Assembly: GCF_002087085.1 (NCBI RefSeq)
Contig: NZ_MWQY01000013.1
Coordinates: 118,262 to 138,261 of the forward strand
Direction: 5' to 3'
DNA: 20,000 nucleotides
Shown: positions 9,201 through 16,548 of the stretch, piece after piece
Position numbering within the stretch: position 1 is the first letter of the stretch
Layout of the letters: each line of letters begins with the position of its first letter
The notes under the pieces: generated by a model
The model's database searches: none
What the model was told of the DNA's origin: nothing
Seen by the model: only the letters and a program-made list of their open reading frames with translations
Made by a program: the position numbers and the translations under genes

Positions 9201-9776
9201 TCAGGGATGTTTGAACCATTTTGTTTCGGCCCCTTGAGGAATATAGTTTTCCAGATAGTCGATGGCGGCTCCCGGTTCCCGGACTACCGCATACTGAGTC
9301 CTGGTTCCCTCTTTCATGAACCTTTCCCGGCAGAGCTTTTCCAGGAATTCCATAAGGGGTGAATAGAATCCGTCCAGGTCGATGAATACTACTGCCTTGG
9401 AGTGGTAGCCCAGCTGTTTCAGGACCATCACTTCGAAAATCTCCTCCAGGGTTCCCAGCCCTCCGGGAAGAGCGATAAAACTCTCCGCCCGTGATTCCAT
9501 GATCTCCTTGCGCTGTCTCATGGTGTCGGTGATTATTCTTTCGTCTATTCCGTCGTAAAAGAGTCCGAAACGGTGCAGTTTTTCCGGCATTACGCCGGTA
9601 ATCCTTCCGCCTTTTTCCCTGGTTCCTCTGGCCACAGCTCCCATTGAACCAACCGCGGCCCCGCCGTAAATCAGGCTGTGTCCCCGGGACCCGATGGATT
9701 TCCCCAGGCTTTCCGCCGCTTCCAGATAGGCCGGAGAAACTGCATCGCTGGAAGAACAGTAGACGCATATATCCAT
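9201..9776 (-). CDS. LOG family (TIGR00730) nucleoside-monophosphate phosphoribohydrolase
   Basis: ICVYCSSS, LIYGG, MRQRK and the PGGLGTLEE signature. Confidence 0.92.
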   Translation of the reverse strand: MDICVYCSSSDAVSPAYLEAAESLGKSIGSRGHSLIYGGAAVGSMGAVARGTREKGGRITGVMPEKLHRFGLFYDGIDERIITDTMRQRKEIMESRAESFIALPGGLGTLEEIFEVMVLKQLGYHSKAVVFIDLDGFYSPLMEFLEKLCRERFMKEGTRTQYAVVREPGAAIDYLENYIPQGAETKWFKHP

Positions 9777-9805
9777 GCTATACCACCTTTTTCTTGTTTT
9801 GGCCC

Positions 9806-9835
9806 TTGTCCATTAATTGCATCCGGGTATAGTAT
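9806..9835 (+). promoter_or_regulatory. Putative sigma70 promoter for tyrA (very short or no leader)
   Basis: TTGTCC (9806-9811), 16 nt spacer, TATAGT (9828-9833), or 18 nt to TAGTAT; ATG 9844 has no SD sequence. Confidence 0.45.
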
Positions 9836-9843
9836 TCCAGAAC

Positions 9844-10584
9844 ATGAAACTGGGTGTCTATGGACTCGGCCGTTTTGGGGCCTTCTGGGCTTCTCGACTG
9901 GCTGATTTTACCGATGTTGTCGCATATTCCCGTACTCCAAAGTCTGGAATAGATTCCCGTATTGAGCTGGTCTCCGAAGACAAGCTTGTCGACTGCGACG
10001 CCGTTGTTCTCTGTGTCGCCATCTCTGCCATGGAAGATGTGGTCAGACGGCTGGCGGGCAGACTTAAACCCGGAGCCCTCGTAATGGATACCTGTTCGGT
10101 CAAGGTCTACCCGGTCTCCGTTATGAAAAGGCTGCTTCCGGAATCGATTCAGATTCTCGGCACGCACCCGATGTTCGGTCCCGATTCAGGACGGAACGGG
10201 ATAACGGGGCTGCCCCTTGTATACTCCCCGGTACGGACAGACGCTTCCGCTGACTCATTTTTCAGGGATCTGTTCAACAGCATGCGGCTGCAGCTTGTGG
10301 AGATGAGCCCCGACGAGCATGACAAGTCCGCAGCCTATACCCAGGGAATAACCCACTTTCTCGGCAGGGTGCTGCAGGACCTTCATCTGGAACCGAGCCC
10401 CATGGCAACCCTGGGTTACTCGAAGCTCCTGGAGATCATCGAACAGACCTGTAACGATCCGGAACAGCTTTTTCTCGATCTGCAGCGTTACAATCCTCAT
10501 ACCCATGAAATGAGGGAGTCCCTGAAATCCTCCCTGGACCGCTTTATGACCAAACTGAAGGAGGTCCCGGGGCTTCCTGCTTGA
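9844..10584 (+). CDS. tyrA: TyrA family prephenate/arogenate dehydrogenase, monofunctional, probably arogenate/NADP type
   Basis: GLGRFG Rossmann motif at the N-terminus, DTCSVK, GTHPMFGP and HDxxAAxTQxITH. Start placed at ATG 9844. Confidence 0.92.
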   Translation: MKLGVYGLGRFGAFWASRLADFTDVVAYSRTPKSGIDSRIELVSEDKLVDCDAVVLCVAISAMEDVVRRLAGRLKPGALVMDTCSVKVYPVSVMKRLLPESIQILGTHPMFGPDSGRNGITGLPLVYSPVRTDASADSFFRDLFNSMRLQLVEMSPDEHDKSAAYTQGITHFLGRVLQDLHLEPSPMATLGYSKLLEIIEQTCNDPEQLFLDLQRYNPHTHEMRESLKSSLDRFMTKLKEVPGLPA

Positions 10585-10610
10585 CAGTCGCAGCGGGGCG
10601 CGGATAGAGT
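10581..10610 (+). promoter_or_regulatory. Putative sigma70 promoter for bactofilin-TPR-mtaB
   Basis: Perfect TTGACA (10581-10586, overlapping the tyrA stop), 18 nt spacer, TAGAGT (10605-10610). Confidence 0.55.
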
Positions 10611-10639
10611 TTATCTGTTACGGTGACGAAGGAGCGAGT

Positions 10640-11029
10640 ATGTCGGATTACCAGTTCTACTCCGTCGATGAAAACGAGATAGATACGGTTCTTGCGGAGG
10701 ACTTCAACTTCAACGGGACCCTGAATTTTGATAAATCCCTTATGATCAAGGGCCACCTGACCGGAGACGTCAATGCCACCGGTGACCTTTACATCGACGA
10801 AGGTGCTGTGGTGGAGGCCAGGGTAAAGGCCAACATTGTGTCCCTGAAGGGAACGGTCAAGGGAGATATCCTGGCGGATACCAGGGTGGAACTCTTCGCC
10901 TCCGCCAGTGTGGACGGCGATATAACCGCTCCCGACATCGTCATGGAGAGCGGATGCCGTTTTAACGGAATCTGCACGATGAAGTCTCCCTCGGAAGTAG
11001 AGAAGGCGAAAGCCGCTTCCAGGAAATAA
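10640..11029 (+). CDS. Bactofilin (polymer-forming cytoskeletal protein, CcmA family)
   Basis: Beta-helix repeat pattern (TVLAEDFNFNGTL...IKGHLTGDV...GTVKGDI...VDGDI...GCRFNG); AAGGAG RBS. Confidence 0.93.
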   Translation: MSDYQFYSVDENEIDTVLAEDFNFNGTLNFDKSLMIKGHLTGDVNATGDLYIDEGAVVEARVKANIVSLKGTVKGDILADTRVELFASASVDGDITAPDIVMESGCRFNGICTMKSPSEVEKAKAASRK

Positions 11030-11039
11030 GGAAACCGCT

Positions 11040-11678
11040 ATGATTCAATTCAACTCCTTTTCCAGGCTTGTTCTTGTACTTCTGCTCATACTGTCGGCGG
11101 CGGGCCTGGCCGCTCAGGATCAGCCTGACGCCCTGGCCATGTACCGGCAGGGAGAATATGCAAAGGCCGTGGATATCTGTCTGGCAGAACTTGAAACCTC
11201 TCCCAGAAATATGAACTCCTACACTGTGCTTGGCTGGAGCCTGATCGCCCTCAGGCGTTACCAGGAGGCTCTGAACTATGCCCGGCAGGGGCTCGATATC
11301 TCCCGTTACGATCACAGGGTGGTGGAAATCGCAGGGGAGGCACACTTCTATCTGGGAAACAATCTGGAAGCCCTCAAGTTTTTTGAAGAGTACACTGTTC
11401 TGGCACCTACGGGAGACCGCATTGGTATGGTCTATTACTTCATGGGTGAGACCTTTATCCGCATCGGTGAATACAACCATGCTGATATTGCCCTGTCCAC
11501 CGCCGTCTACCATAGTCCCAACATCGCCCGCTGGTGGGCCCGCCTCGGCTATGCCCGGGAGATGGCGGAGGATTTTCAGTTCTCCCTTGAGGCCTATGAT
11601 CAGGCCCTAAAACTGAATCCCTCCCTTTCCGACGCCCTGAGGGGAAAAGAACGGGCCGCGGAGAAGATGAACAGCTGA
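11040..11678 (+). CDS. Exported tetratricopeptide repeat protein
   Basis: Signal peptide (…GLAA-QD); several TPR units (LGWSLIALRRYQEAL, AGEAHFYLG, LGYAREMA…ALKLNP); TGATG coupling to mtaB. Confidence 0.88.
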   Translation: MIQFNSFSRLVLVLLLILSAAGLAAQDQPDALAMYRQGEYAKAVDICLAELETSPRNMNSYTVLGWSLIALRRYQEALNYARQGLDISRYDHRVVEIAGEAHFYLGNNLEALKFFEEYTVLAPTGDRIGMVYYFMGETFIRIGEYNHADIALSTAVYHSPNIARWWARLGYAREMAEDFQFSLEAYDQALKLNPSLSDALRGKERAAEKMNS

Positions 11679-13006
11679 TGCGGGTCGCCTTTTATACCCT
11701 GGGCTGCAAGCTCAACCAGTGCGAAAGCGAGGCCCTGGCTTCTTCCTTCGGAAGTCAGGGTTTTTTTCTTGTATCTCCCTCGGAACCGGCTGACCTGTAC
11801 GTAGTGAACACCTGTACCGTTACCTCCAAGAGCGAACAGAAGGCGCGGCGCATGATACGAAAATACTCCCGGGAAAATCCTGAATCCCTGGTCATAGTTA
11901 CCGGGTGTTACGCCCAGATGGACCCCGAGGTGTTCCAGAGCCTTGGTCCCGGGGTGATCGTCGTCTCGGGGGATCAGAAGGACCGGCTCCTCAGGCTGCC
12001 GGTCTATCTGAATGAATCCGGGTGTGCCGCAGCAGCGGGTATGGATGAGGTCCGCCGGGCCCTTGGGATGGTGGGCGAGGGCGAGACTGACCGCTTCAGC
12101 TTTGATGCTCCCAGCTTCAGCAGTCATTCCCGGGCATACCTGAAGATTCAGGACGGCTGCGACAACCGCTGCAGCTACTGCAGGGTAACCCTGGCCCGGG
12201 GAGATTCAGTTTCCCTGGCACTCGACGAAGTCCTGCATCGGGCCGTCAGGCTGGAGGAGGCCGGGTTCGACGAGATCATCCTTACCGGCATCAATCTTTC
12301 CCAGTATGCTTCCGGGGAGAAGGGTTTATCCGGACTTGTGGGGGAGCTGCTTTCTGCGACCAGGCGCACCAGGTTCCGTCTGTCATCCCTGGAACCGGAT
12401 TACCTTATCCCGGAAAACACGGACGTATTTGCGGATCCCAGGGTATGTCCCCATTTTCACATTCCCGTCCAGTCCGGTGACGATGGAATCCTCAGACGTA
12501 TGGCCCGGCGCTACGATTCCGCCCGGGTGCGGGAGGCCTTCGATCTTCTCCGCAGTCTCAAAGCTGATCCCTTTATTGCCGCGGATATCATTGTCGGTTT
12601 TCCCGGCGAGACGGATGCGGCCTTTCAGAGTACCCGCAAACTGCTGGAGGAGCTTCGACCCGCGGCCCTGCATGTTTTTCCCTTTTCTGCCAGGCCGGGA
12701 ACAGCGGCAGCTGCCTTCGCGGAACATGTGCCGGAAAGAATTACCGGAATCAGAACCGCAGATCTCAGGACAATCAGCGAGACTCTCCATGCTGAGTATC
12801 TTCAGCGCTGGAATGGCCGGTCCGAGGAAGTGCTGGTGGAAGTTTCCCCGACGGATACCCGGGAGGGGCGGGGAATTACCGGGAATTATCTGCGTGTCCG
12901 GATTCCCGGCGGAAAGGGAACTGTATACCGCAAAGGTTCCAGGTATCCTGCTTTCCTCGAGCTTAGGGGATCCGATCTGACGGCTGTTCCTGAGATCTCT
13001 TCCTGA
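11678..13006 (+). CDS. mtaB: tRNA t6A37 methylthiotransferase MtaB (radical SAM)
   Basis: UPF0004 domain TLGCKLN / NTCTVT / VTGCYAQ; radical SAM KIQDGCDNRCSYC; IIVGFPGET; HVFPFSARPGT. Confidence 0.93.
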   Translation: MRVAFYTLGCKLNQCESEALASSFGSQGFFLVSPSEPADLYVVNTCTVTSKSEQKARRMIRKYSRENPESLVIVTGCYAQMDPEVFQSLGPGVIVVSGDQKDRLLRLPVYLNESGCAAAAGMDEVRRALGMVGEGETDRFSFDAPSFSSHSRAYLKIQDGCDNRCSYCRVTLARGDSVSLALDEVLHRAVRLEEAGFDEIILTGINLSQYASGEKGLSGLVGELLSATRRTRFRLSSLEPDYLIPENTDVFADPRVCPHFHIPVQSGDDGILRRMARRYDSARVREAFDLLRSLKADPFIAADIIVGFPGETDAAFQSTRKLLEELRPAALHVFPFSARPGTAAAAFAEHVPERITGIRTADLRTISETLHAEYLQRWNGRSEEVLVEVSPTDTREGRGITGNYLRVRIPGGKGTVYRKGSRYPAFLELRGSDLTAVPEISS

Positions 13007-13046
13007 ACCTCTCTGCATCAAGAATTCCGAAGCTTCCGCCGAAACA

Positions 13047-13075
13047 CTGAAAAAGCCCAGTATATGAATTATACT
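13047..13075 (+). promoter_or_regulatory. Putative promoter for the barrel-lipoprotein-barrel cassette
   Basis: CTGAAA (13047-13052), 17 nt spacer, TATACT (13070-13075); GGGTGA SD-like site 7 nt before TTG 13098. Confidence 0.45.
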
Positions 13076-13097
13076 ATGCATTTCGGGTGATTCTCTT

Positions 13098-14246
13098 TTG
13101 CGGGGTAAATTTGTGTTTCGTAATCTGCTGCTTTTTCTGTTGTTGCTTCCTGTCCTGGTTCCTGCTTCTGCCATTGATCTGGCTCCATTTTCGTATAAGG
13201 ACCCTCGATCCCTGTCTCTCGGGGGAATTACGGTATTCGGTGTTCCCGGAATACACACTCTTCATGCCAATCCCGCGAACTTTTCCCAGGACGACGATGT
13301 TCTCTATACCTTGGTCTCCGCAGTTCCCCATATCAGTCTGCCGCCGGATCTGTTCTTTTCTCTGAAAGACCTATCCGAGAATGAAATTCTCGAAGCCGGC
13401 AGCAGCGGTCTGGGCCAGGGGATGAACATCGGTATGGGGTTGACGGGAAAAGGGGTTGGTCTCGGGCTCCTCTGGGGCTACGAGAGTTACAGCTTCGGGG
13501 ATGCCTCGACAATCCAGGGCGTCGTCGATTCCGAGCTGTCCCTGGTCCTCGGCTATGCCATGGAGTTCCGGCTTGGGGACTTTATATTCACCGGCGGCGG
13601 AGATTTTCGGCCGGTCTTCCGGGTGTTCGGACCCTATGGTTCTGAGACGGCCCTTGAGACGGGAAAACTTCTGGGCAGACCTGGGAAAATGATGGAAGTA
13701 CTCGCAGGGCTTGAGAACCCCTATTATGCCACCGGGGTCGGTTTTGACCTGGGGGCAACAGCAGGGTGGAAAGGTCTGGGCCTTGGCGTGACAATCAGGG
13801 ACGCGGGTGATACTATAATGGCGGTATCCAGACCCAGTGACGTGGGAGAAGCCATGGACGATATGTTTTCCCTTTCAGGGTTTTCTCTGGAAGAGGGTGC
13901 GTCTGATACCCTGACGGTCCCCATGAGGATTGACGCCGGTCTCATGTTTAGCTTTGAAGATTATTTTTTCCCGGGACTCCGGCCTGATCTGTATCTGGAA
14001 GTGGGAGACCTGCTGCACACCGGGGAAGGCACAAGGCTGCTTGAAAGCCTGCGGGGCGGGATAAATCTCGATACATCCGGCCCTCTGTCCATACGTACAG
14101 GCTTCAATGCCGGAGGCTTCAGTTCAGGCCTTGGACTGGAGCTGCCGATACTGGATATAGACCTTTCATACTACCGCTTGCCCGCTGTGGATGCTGCGGA
14201 GGAAGGACGACACGGATTTGCCCTGGAAGGAAGAGTTGAGTTTTAG
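13098..14246 (+). CDS. Putative outer-membrane beta-barrel of the FadL/PorV/TraF-like superfamily, 382 aa
   Basis: Signal peptide (…ASA-ID); PRSLSLGG…ANPANF hatch-like motif; alternating beta-strands (GVGFDLGA, LGLGVTIRD); terminal Phe (LEGRVEF). Confidence 0.7.
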   Translation: MRGKFVFRNLLLFLLLLPVLVPASAIDLAPFSYKDPRSLSLGGITVFGVPGIHTLHANPANFSQDDDVLYTLVSAVPHISLPPDLFFSLKDLSENEILEAGSSGLGQGMNIGMGLTGKGVGLGLLWGYESYSFGDASTIQGVVDSELSLVLGYAMEFRLGDFIFTGGGDFRPVFRVFGPYGSETALETGKLLGRPGKMMEVLAGLENPYYATGVGFDLGATAGWKGLGLGVTIRDAGDTIMAVSRPSDVGEAMDDMFSLSGFSLEEGASDTLTVPMRIDAGLMFSFEDYFFPGLRPDLYLEVGDLLHTGEGTRLLESLRGGINLDTSGPLSIRTGFNAGGFSSGLGLELPILDIDLSYYRLPAVDAAEEGRHGFALEGRVEF

Positions 14247-14274
14247 TCCGGATTCGGAAAACAAGGAGGGGTGC

Positions 14275-14919
14275 ATGAAGATCCCTGGAATCTCCCGGAG
14301 CTTTTCAGCATTGAGTATTACGATAACACTGCTGGTTTTAGTTCCACTGCTATTGACCGCGTGCCAGGAAGTCTTTACCTACAGTCTCCTGGAAGGGATG
14401 CAGCGTGATTTCTCATCCCTTCCCCGGGAACAGAAGATCAGCTACGCGAAAGATGTCCTTGCCTCAGGTGATGCGGATGCAATGGCGGATATTTACGATG
14501 AGATTGCCGCCATGGCTGCGAATGATCCGGAGCTCTACCTGCTTGCCGCCGATTTGGCCATGGGGGCATCGGGAATTACCGGGATAATAGATGATGTGCT
14601 TTCGGCGGAAGATCCGTCCACTCTTGTCTATGCTGATATCCTGGCATCCGTCGATATGACCATGATGGGCTATGTGGCTGATAATGTTCTCGCCGCCGAG
14701 GCCGCGGGACTTTCTGGTATAACCGAGGAGCAGTATGCCACGGCAGCGGGTGCTGAAATTCTATTCTGGCTGGACCAGAATCCGGCGAATGATGTTTCCA
14801 GTATAGACTGGACCGACAGCACGACCGCTGCAGCCTCCGGACCGGAAATAGCCAACGCATACAATTTTCTCGTCAGTGCGGGTCAGAACCCGGCTGAGTT
14901 TGATGACATATTCGGTTAG
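14275..14919 (+). CDS. Highly acidic, probably alpha-helical lipoprotein of unknown function, 214 aa
   Basis: AAGGAGG RBS at 14263-14269 sets the start at ATG 14275; lipobox LTA-C; Ala/Asp-rich mature part. Confidence 0.8.
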   Translation: MKIPGISRSFSALSITITLLVLVPLLLTACQEVFTYSLLEGMQRDFSSLPREQKISYAKDVLASGDADAMADIYDEIAAMAANDPELYLLAADLAMGASGITGIIDDVLSAEDPSTLVYADILASVDMTMMGYVADNVLAAEAAGLSGITEEQYATAAGAEILFWLDQNPANDVSSIDWTDSTTAAASGPEIANAYNFLVSAGQNPAEFDDIFG

Positions 14920-14925
14920 GGAGGC

Positions 14926-16086
14926 ATGGTGAAGCGCATACTTATTCTACTGCTGGTGCTTTCTTCCGCCCTTCAGGTTTTTTCCCTCGACCTGCACACA
15001 GAGCCAAGCCTGGAGATCTTCTCCGCACGAATGGCGGGTATGGGAGGGTATCATGCTGCTCTGGCGGACGATGTAAGCGTTCTGTTCAGTAATCCCGCCG
15101 GCTACAGGGTCCCCGAACCGGAACTCTCGGTCGCGGAACTGACCCTGAATCTGACGGGACCCATCTTCGATATGGCCAACCTGTTCCTGGAGGGGGGCGA
15201 TCTTCTCAATAATCCCGATACTTACGAGATCTTTGACAGCCTCTATTCCGGTATCGGGCTTGTGGGGCCCATCGCGGTGGCCTTTGTCGGTGACGGTGTC
15301 GGATTCGGTATCTATAACCAGACCTCCACCATTATCAGGAGCCCGACCGCCACCGAGTTTGAGTCCACCGTACGGGAGGAGCTTCTCCTGACGGGGGGCT
15401 ACAGTTTCAGGCTTCCCGCCTTCGAAGGTACCATCCATACCCTGGATCTGGGCTTGAGCATGAAGGGCTTTTTACGGGGGGAGGGGGGATTTACCTATTC
15501 CCTGCTTCTTATTAACGACTTCATGGATAACCTCGGTCCGGATCTTCTGCTGAATGAACCCTATGCCAACATTACCGGCATCGGCTTCGATCTCGGTCTC
15601 TTGTACAGCTATGGTGATGCACTCTCCGTCGGACTGGTGGGGCAGGATGTTTTCAGCCCGACCCTGCGTTCAAGCTACACCAGTATGCAGGACTATCTTG
15701 ATGGAAACGACGCCATCGACAAGGAAAACGGGGTGCTGCCCTTCCAGCTGCATGCCGGTCTGCGGTACACACCGCCCCTGGGGCCGCTTTCGCGCTACTT
15801 CAGCGATGTGGATCTCTACTTTGACTACAGGAACATGTTTGATTTTCTCTTCTTTCCAGAGCTGGCGACCAATCCTGTTCTGCATCTGAGTTTTGGAGCG
15901 GAATTCCGTATGCTGGAGATCCTCTCCTTACGGACCGGTCTCTACCAGGGACTGCTTGCCGCCGGTCTTGGAGTCGACCTGAATTTCGCTACCCTGAATA
16001 TGGCCATGTACGGGACTGAACAATCCCTCGAGCCGGGTATGCAGCCGGTCTACAACGTGATACTTGGACTTGAGTTCCGATATTGA
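14926..16086 (+). CDS. Putative outer-membrane beta-barrel of the FadL/PorV/TraF-like superfamily, 386 aa
   Basis: GGAGG RBS; signal peptide; SARMAGMGG…LFSNPAG motif; GIGFDLGLLY and LSLRTGLYQG strands; aromatic C-terminus (LGLEFRY). Confidence 0.78.
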   Translation: MVKRILILLLVLSSALQVFSLDLHTEPSLEIFSARMAGMGGYHAALADDVSVLFSNPAGYRVPEPELSVAELTLNLTGPIFDMANLFLEGGDLLNNPDTYEIFDSLYSGIGLVGPIAVAFVGDGVGFGIYNQTSTIIRSPTATEFESTVREELLLTGGYSFRLPAFEGTIHTLDLGLSMKGFLRGEGGFTYSLLLINDFMDNLGPDLLLNEPYANITGIGFDLGLLYSYGDALSVGLVGQDVFSPTLRSSYTSMQDYLDGNDAIDKENGVLPFQLHAGLRYTPPLGPLSRYFSDVDLYFDYRNMFDFLFFPELATNPVLHLSFGAEFRMLEILSLRTGLYQGLLAAGLGVDLNFATLNMAMYGTEQSLEPGMQPVYNVILGLEFRY

Positions 16087-16104
16087 TTTTATTGTCCGCT
16101 TTAG

Positions 16105-16134
16105 TTGACATTATTTTTTGATGTATGCTATATT
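16105..16134 (+). promoter_or_regulatory. Sigma70 promoter of the tRNA operon
   Basis: TTGACA (16105-16110), 18 nt spacer, extended -10 TGc-TATATT (16129-16134), 14 nt upstream of tRNA-Lys. Confidence 0.8.
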
Positions 16135-16148
16135 CCCCCTCACATGAG

Positions 16149-16221
16149 GGGCCGCTAGCTCAGCTGGTAGAGCAACGCCCTTTTAAGGCGTGGGTCACTG
16201 GTTCGAACCCAGTGCGGCTCA
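16149..16221 (+). tRNA. tRNA-Lys(UUU), CCA not encoded
   Basis: Cloverleaf: acceptor GGGCCGC/GCGGCTC, D arm GCTC/GAGC, anticodon arm ACGCC-CTTTTAA-GGCGT, T arm ACTGG-TTCGAAC-CCAGT, discriminator A. Confidence 0.97.
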
Positions 16222-16301
16222 TTAAGTCGGAGCGATCCGGCTTATGCCGCAAGAGATCGACTCTTTCCGCCAGTGGTCATGAGTAGGCTCTTGCGCATCA
16301 A

Positions 16302-16376
<75 letters not shown>

Positions 16377-16381
16377 TAATT

Positions 16382-16410
16382 AGACCCGCAATACGCGGGT
16401 CTTTTTTTTT
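16382..16410 (+). terminator. Intrinsic terminator of the tRNA operon
   Basis: AGACCCGC-aatac-GCGGGTCT stem running into a T9 tract. Confidence 0.92.
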
Positions 16411-16482
16411 ATCCGGGAGTCGAAACTGGAGAGCACCGATCCCTTTACCTGTTCCTGATCTTTCAGAATTTTCTCCATCTTC

Positions 16483-16511
16483 TTTCAATATCCTTCAGTG
16501 TTTGATATACT
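16483..16511 (+). promoter_or_regulatory. Putative extended -10 promoter for upp and the TPR lipoprotein
   Basis: TGa-TATACT (16503-16511) with a weak -35 TTTCAA 17 nt upstream; lies downstream of the tRNA terminator. Confidence 0.5.
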
Positions 16512-16548
16512 TTCTCTGTTCAGATATACCGACTCCAAGGATTAATGA

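Noticed and set aside
9163..9768. 201-aa alternative-frame ORF overlapping the LOG gene
   Set aside because: Arg/Gly-rich off-frame translation; the LOG frame carries the family signature.
12306..13365. Overlapping ORFs in mtaB and the first barrel gene, including the Cys-rich 13087..13365
   Set aside because: Off-frame or antisense readings; the Cys/Phe richness comes from reading signal-peptide Leu codons out of frame.
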